A DNA stretch of 63,976 nt, filler included, from Lenisia limosa (taxonomy: Eukaryota > Protista > Breviatea): NCBI GenBank assembly GCA_001655205.1. It is 10 parts of 10 records of this genome, joined end to end, with 100 filler letters (N's around TTAATTAATTAA, not from the genome) between each part and the next. Parts side by side here need not be neighbours in the genome. Positions count along the whole stretch, not along the records: positions 62,923 to 63,976 come from LPNZ01004808.1; 9 more parts are not named here. The stretch is one strand, 5' to 3'. Under the pieces are notes generated by a model that made no database searches, had not been told where the DNA came from, and was given only the letters and a program-made list of their open reading frames with translations. The position numbers were made by a program, and so were the translations under genes. Below, piece by piece: positions 63,100 through 63,976 of the stretch. Within the stretch, counting starts at the first letter, position 1, and each line of letters starts with the position of its first letter.

Positions 63100-63640
63100 A
63101 GAAGCCAGACAATGTTTCGTTCACCTCTCCGCCGTCATCTCCGACTCCTTCTGCCCAGGCCTCACCTGAGGAATGTGACGTTGAAGTCGACAACATCCAA
63201 CGTAAGAGGGGATTAGCGGCAGGGGTGGGACCAACGTAGTAGTACATCTTACTGGTGCTGGTGACGGTGCGATGGTTTTCGGTGGTATCATTGGGTTTGA
63301 ACAATATGGCCTTTTGGAAGATCTTAAAAGACGGAGGGCGACTGCTCCCAAATATCTGAATCGGATGGGTACCGACTATTCTTAGTGATAGTATTCAAGT
63401 ATTCATGGTGATGGGGTTTGACACTCGTCAAAATTCATCAAGCCCCGGTGGGGTCTTAATACTGGATTTTTTTTTTTTGTTGTTGTTGTTGGATTTCTAT
63501 AGTAGTATACATACATATACTTCTCTTGTTCAAAAAACCCCTTGACTTTTCAGAATTTGTAGCCCCACCCACCTACAGTGCACCACCTCCCTCTACCCGC
63601 ACAACTGCCACCAAAGTAGGCTTTAATCAACTCCTCGGCT
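63100..63640 (+). CDS. Exons of an unknown gene, incomplete
   Basis: AG-bounded exon KPDNVSFTSPPSSPTPSAQASPEECDVEVDNIQ ends at a GTAAG donor. Further open segments follow. Confidence 0.25.
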
Positions 63641-63976
63641 TCAGCAAGCTGGGAACCTCTGGTGGCTCAGAGTGTCTTTGATATGGAGTGTCTGCTATTG
63701 TGTTAAGAGTGTCAAGCATTTGGTTTTTGATTGGCATTTCCTTTGTTTTGCTCCCTCCTTTAGTGTTGGTTGCTCGTGTTTGTTAGTGCTTGTTTTTTTT
63801 TTGTTTTTGTTTGTTTGGAGTTTCAGATTATTCGGTTCGTGAGTAGTACCTTGACGCCAGCATTCACGAAATGTCCTTCTTTTTACCCCTCCCCACATAC
63901 TCCTATCATCTCTGAGCCCCCCCCCCCAGGTTCTCGATTTCCTCATTGGTGAGGGGCCTAACAACCGATTTGCCAT

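Overview
Draft-assembly window from an intron-rich, repeat-rich eukaryote, probably a non-fungal protist and possibly an anaerobe (lineage is inference only). It has many N gaps and nine artificial 100-bp linkers (44 N + TTAATTAATTAA + 44 N), so adjacency across those linkers is unverified. Genes were reconstructed by hand-splicing GT-AG exons, so gene ends are approximate. Recognisable genes: a class I myosin whose N-terminus carries an unusual ~141-aa Gly/Pro/Ala/Arg (TH2-like) extension; the meiotic RING protein HEI10; a fungal-type Zn(II)2Cys6 transcription factor head-to-head with a bacterial-type class II fructose-bisphosphate aldolase; a VPS9-domain Rab5 GEF; an ARM-repeat protein; an ORF with a mitochondrial-type presequence; a PIP-degron protein; an INTS7-like protein; and several unassignable multi-exon genes. 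Non-coding DNA holds several families of short non-autonomous elements (hAT-type with 8-bp TSD, Tc1/mariner-type, AT-TSD, ~95-bp palindromic) and a ~125-bp repeat that is almost always sense-oriented in introns and often runs into 3' splice sites. Introns range from about 23 nt to over 1 kb. On the sense strand, G-runs follow donors and C-runs precede acceptors. No rRNA, tRNA or CRISPR array was seen.
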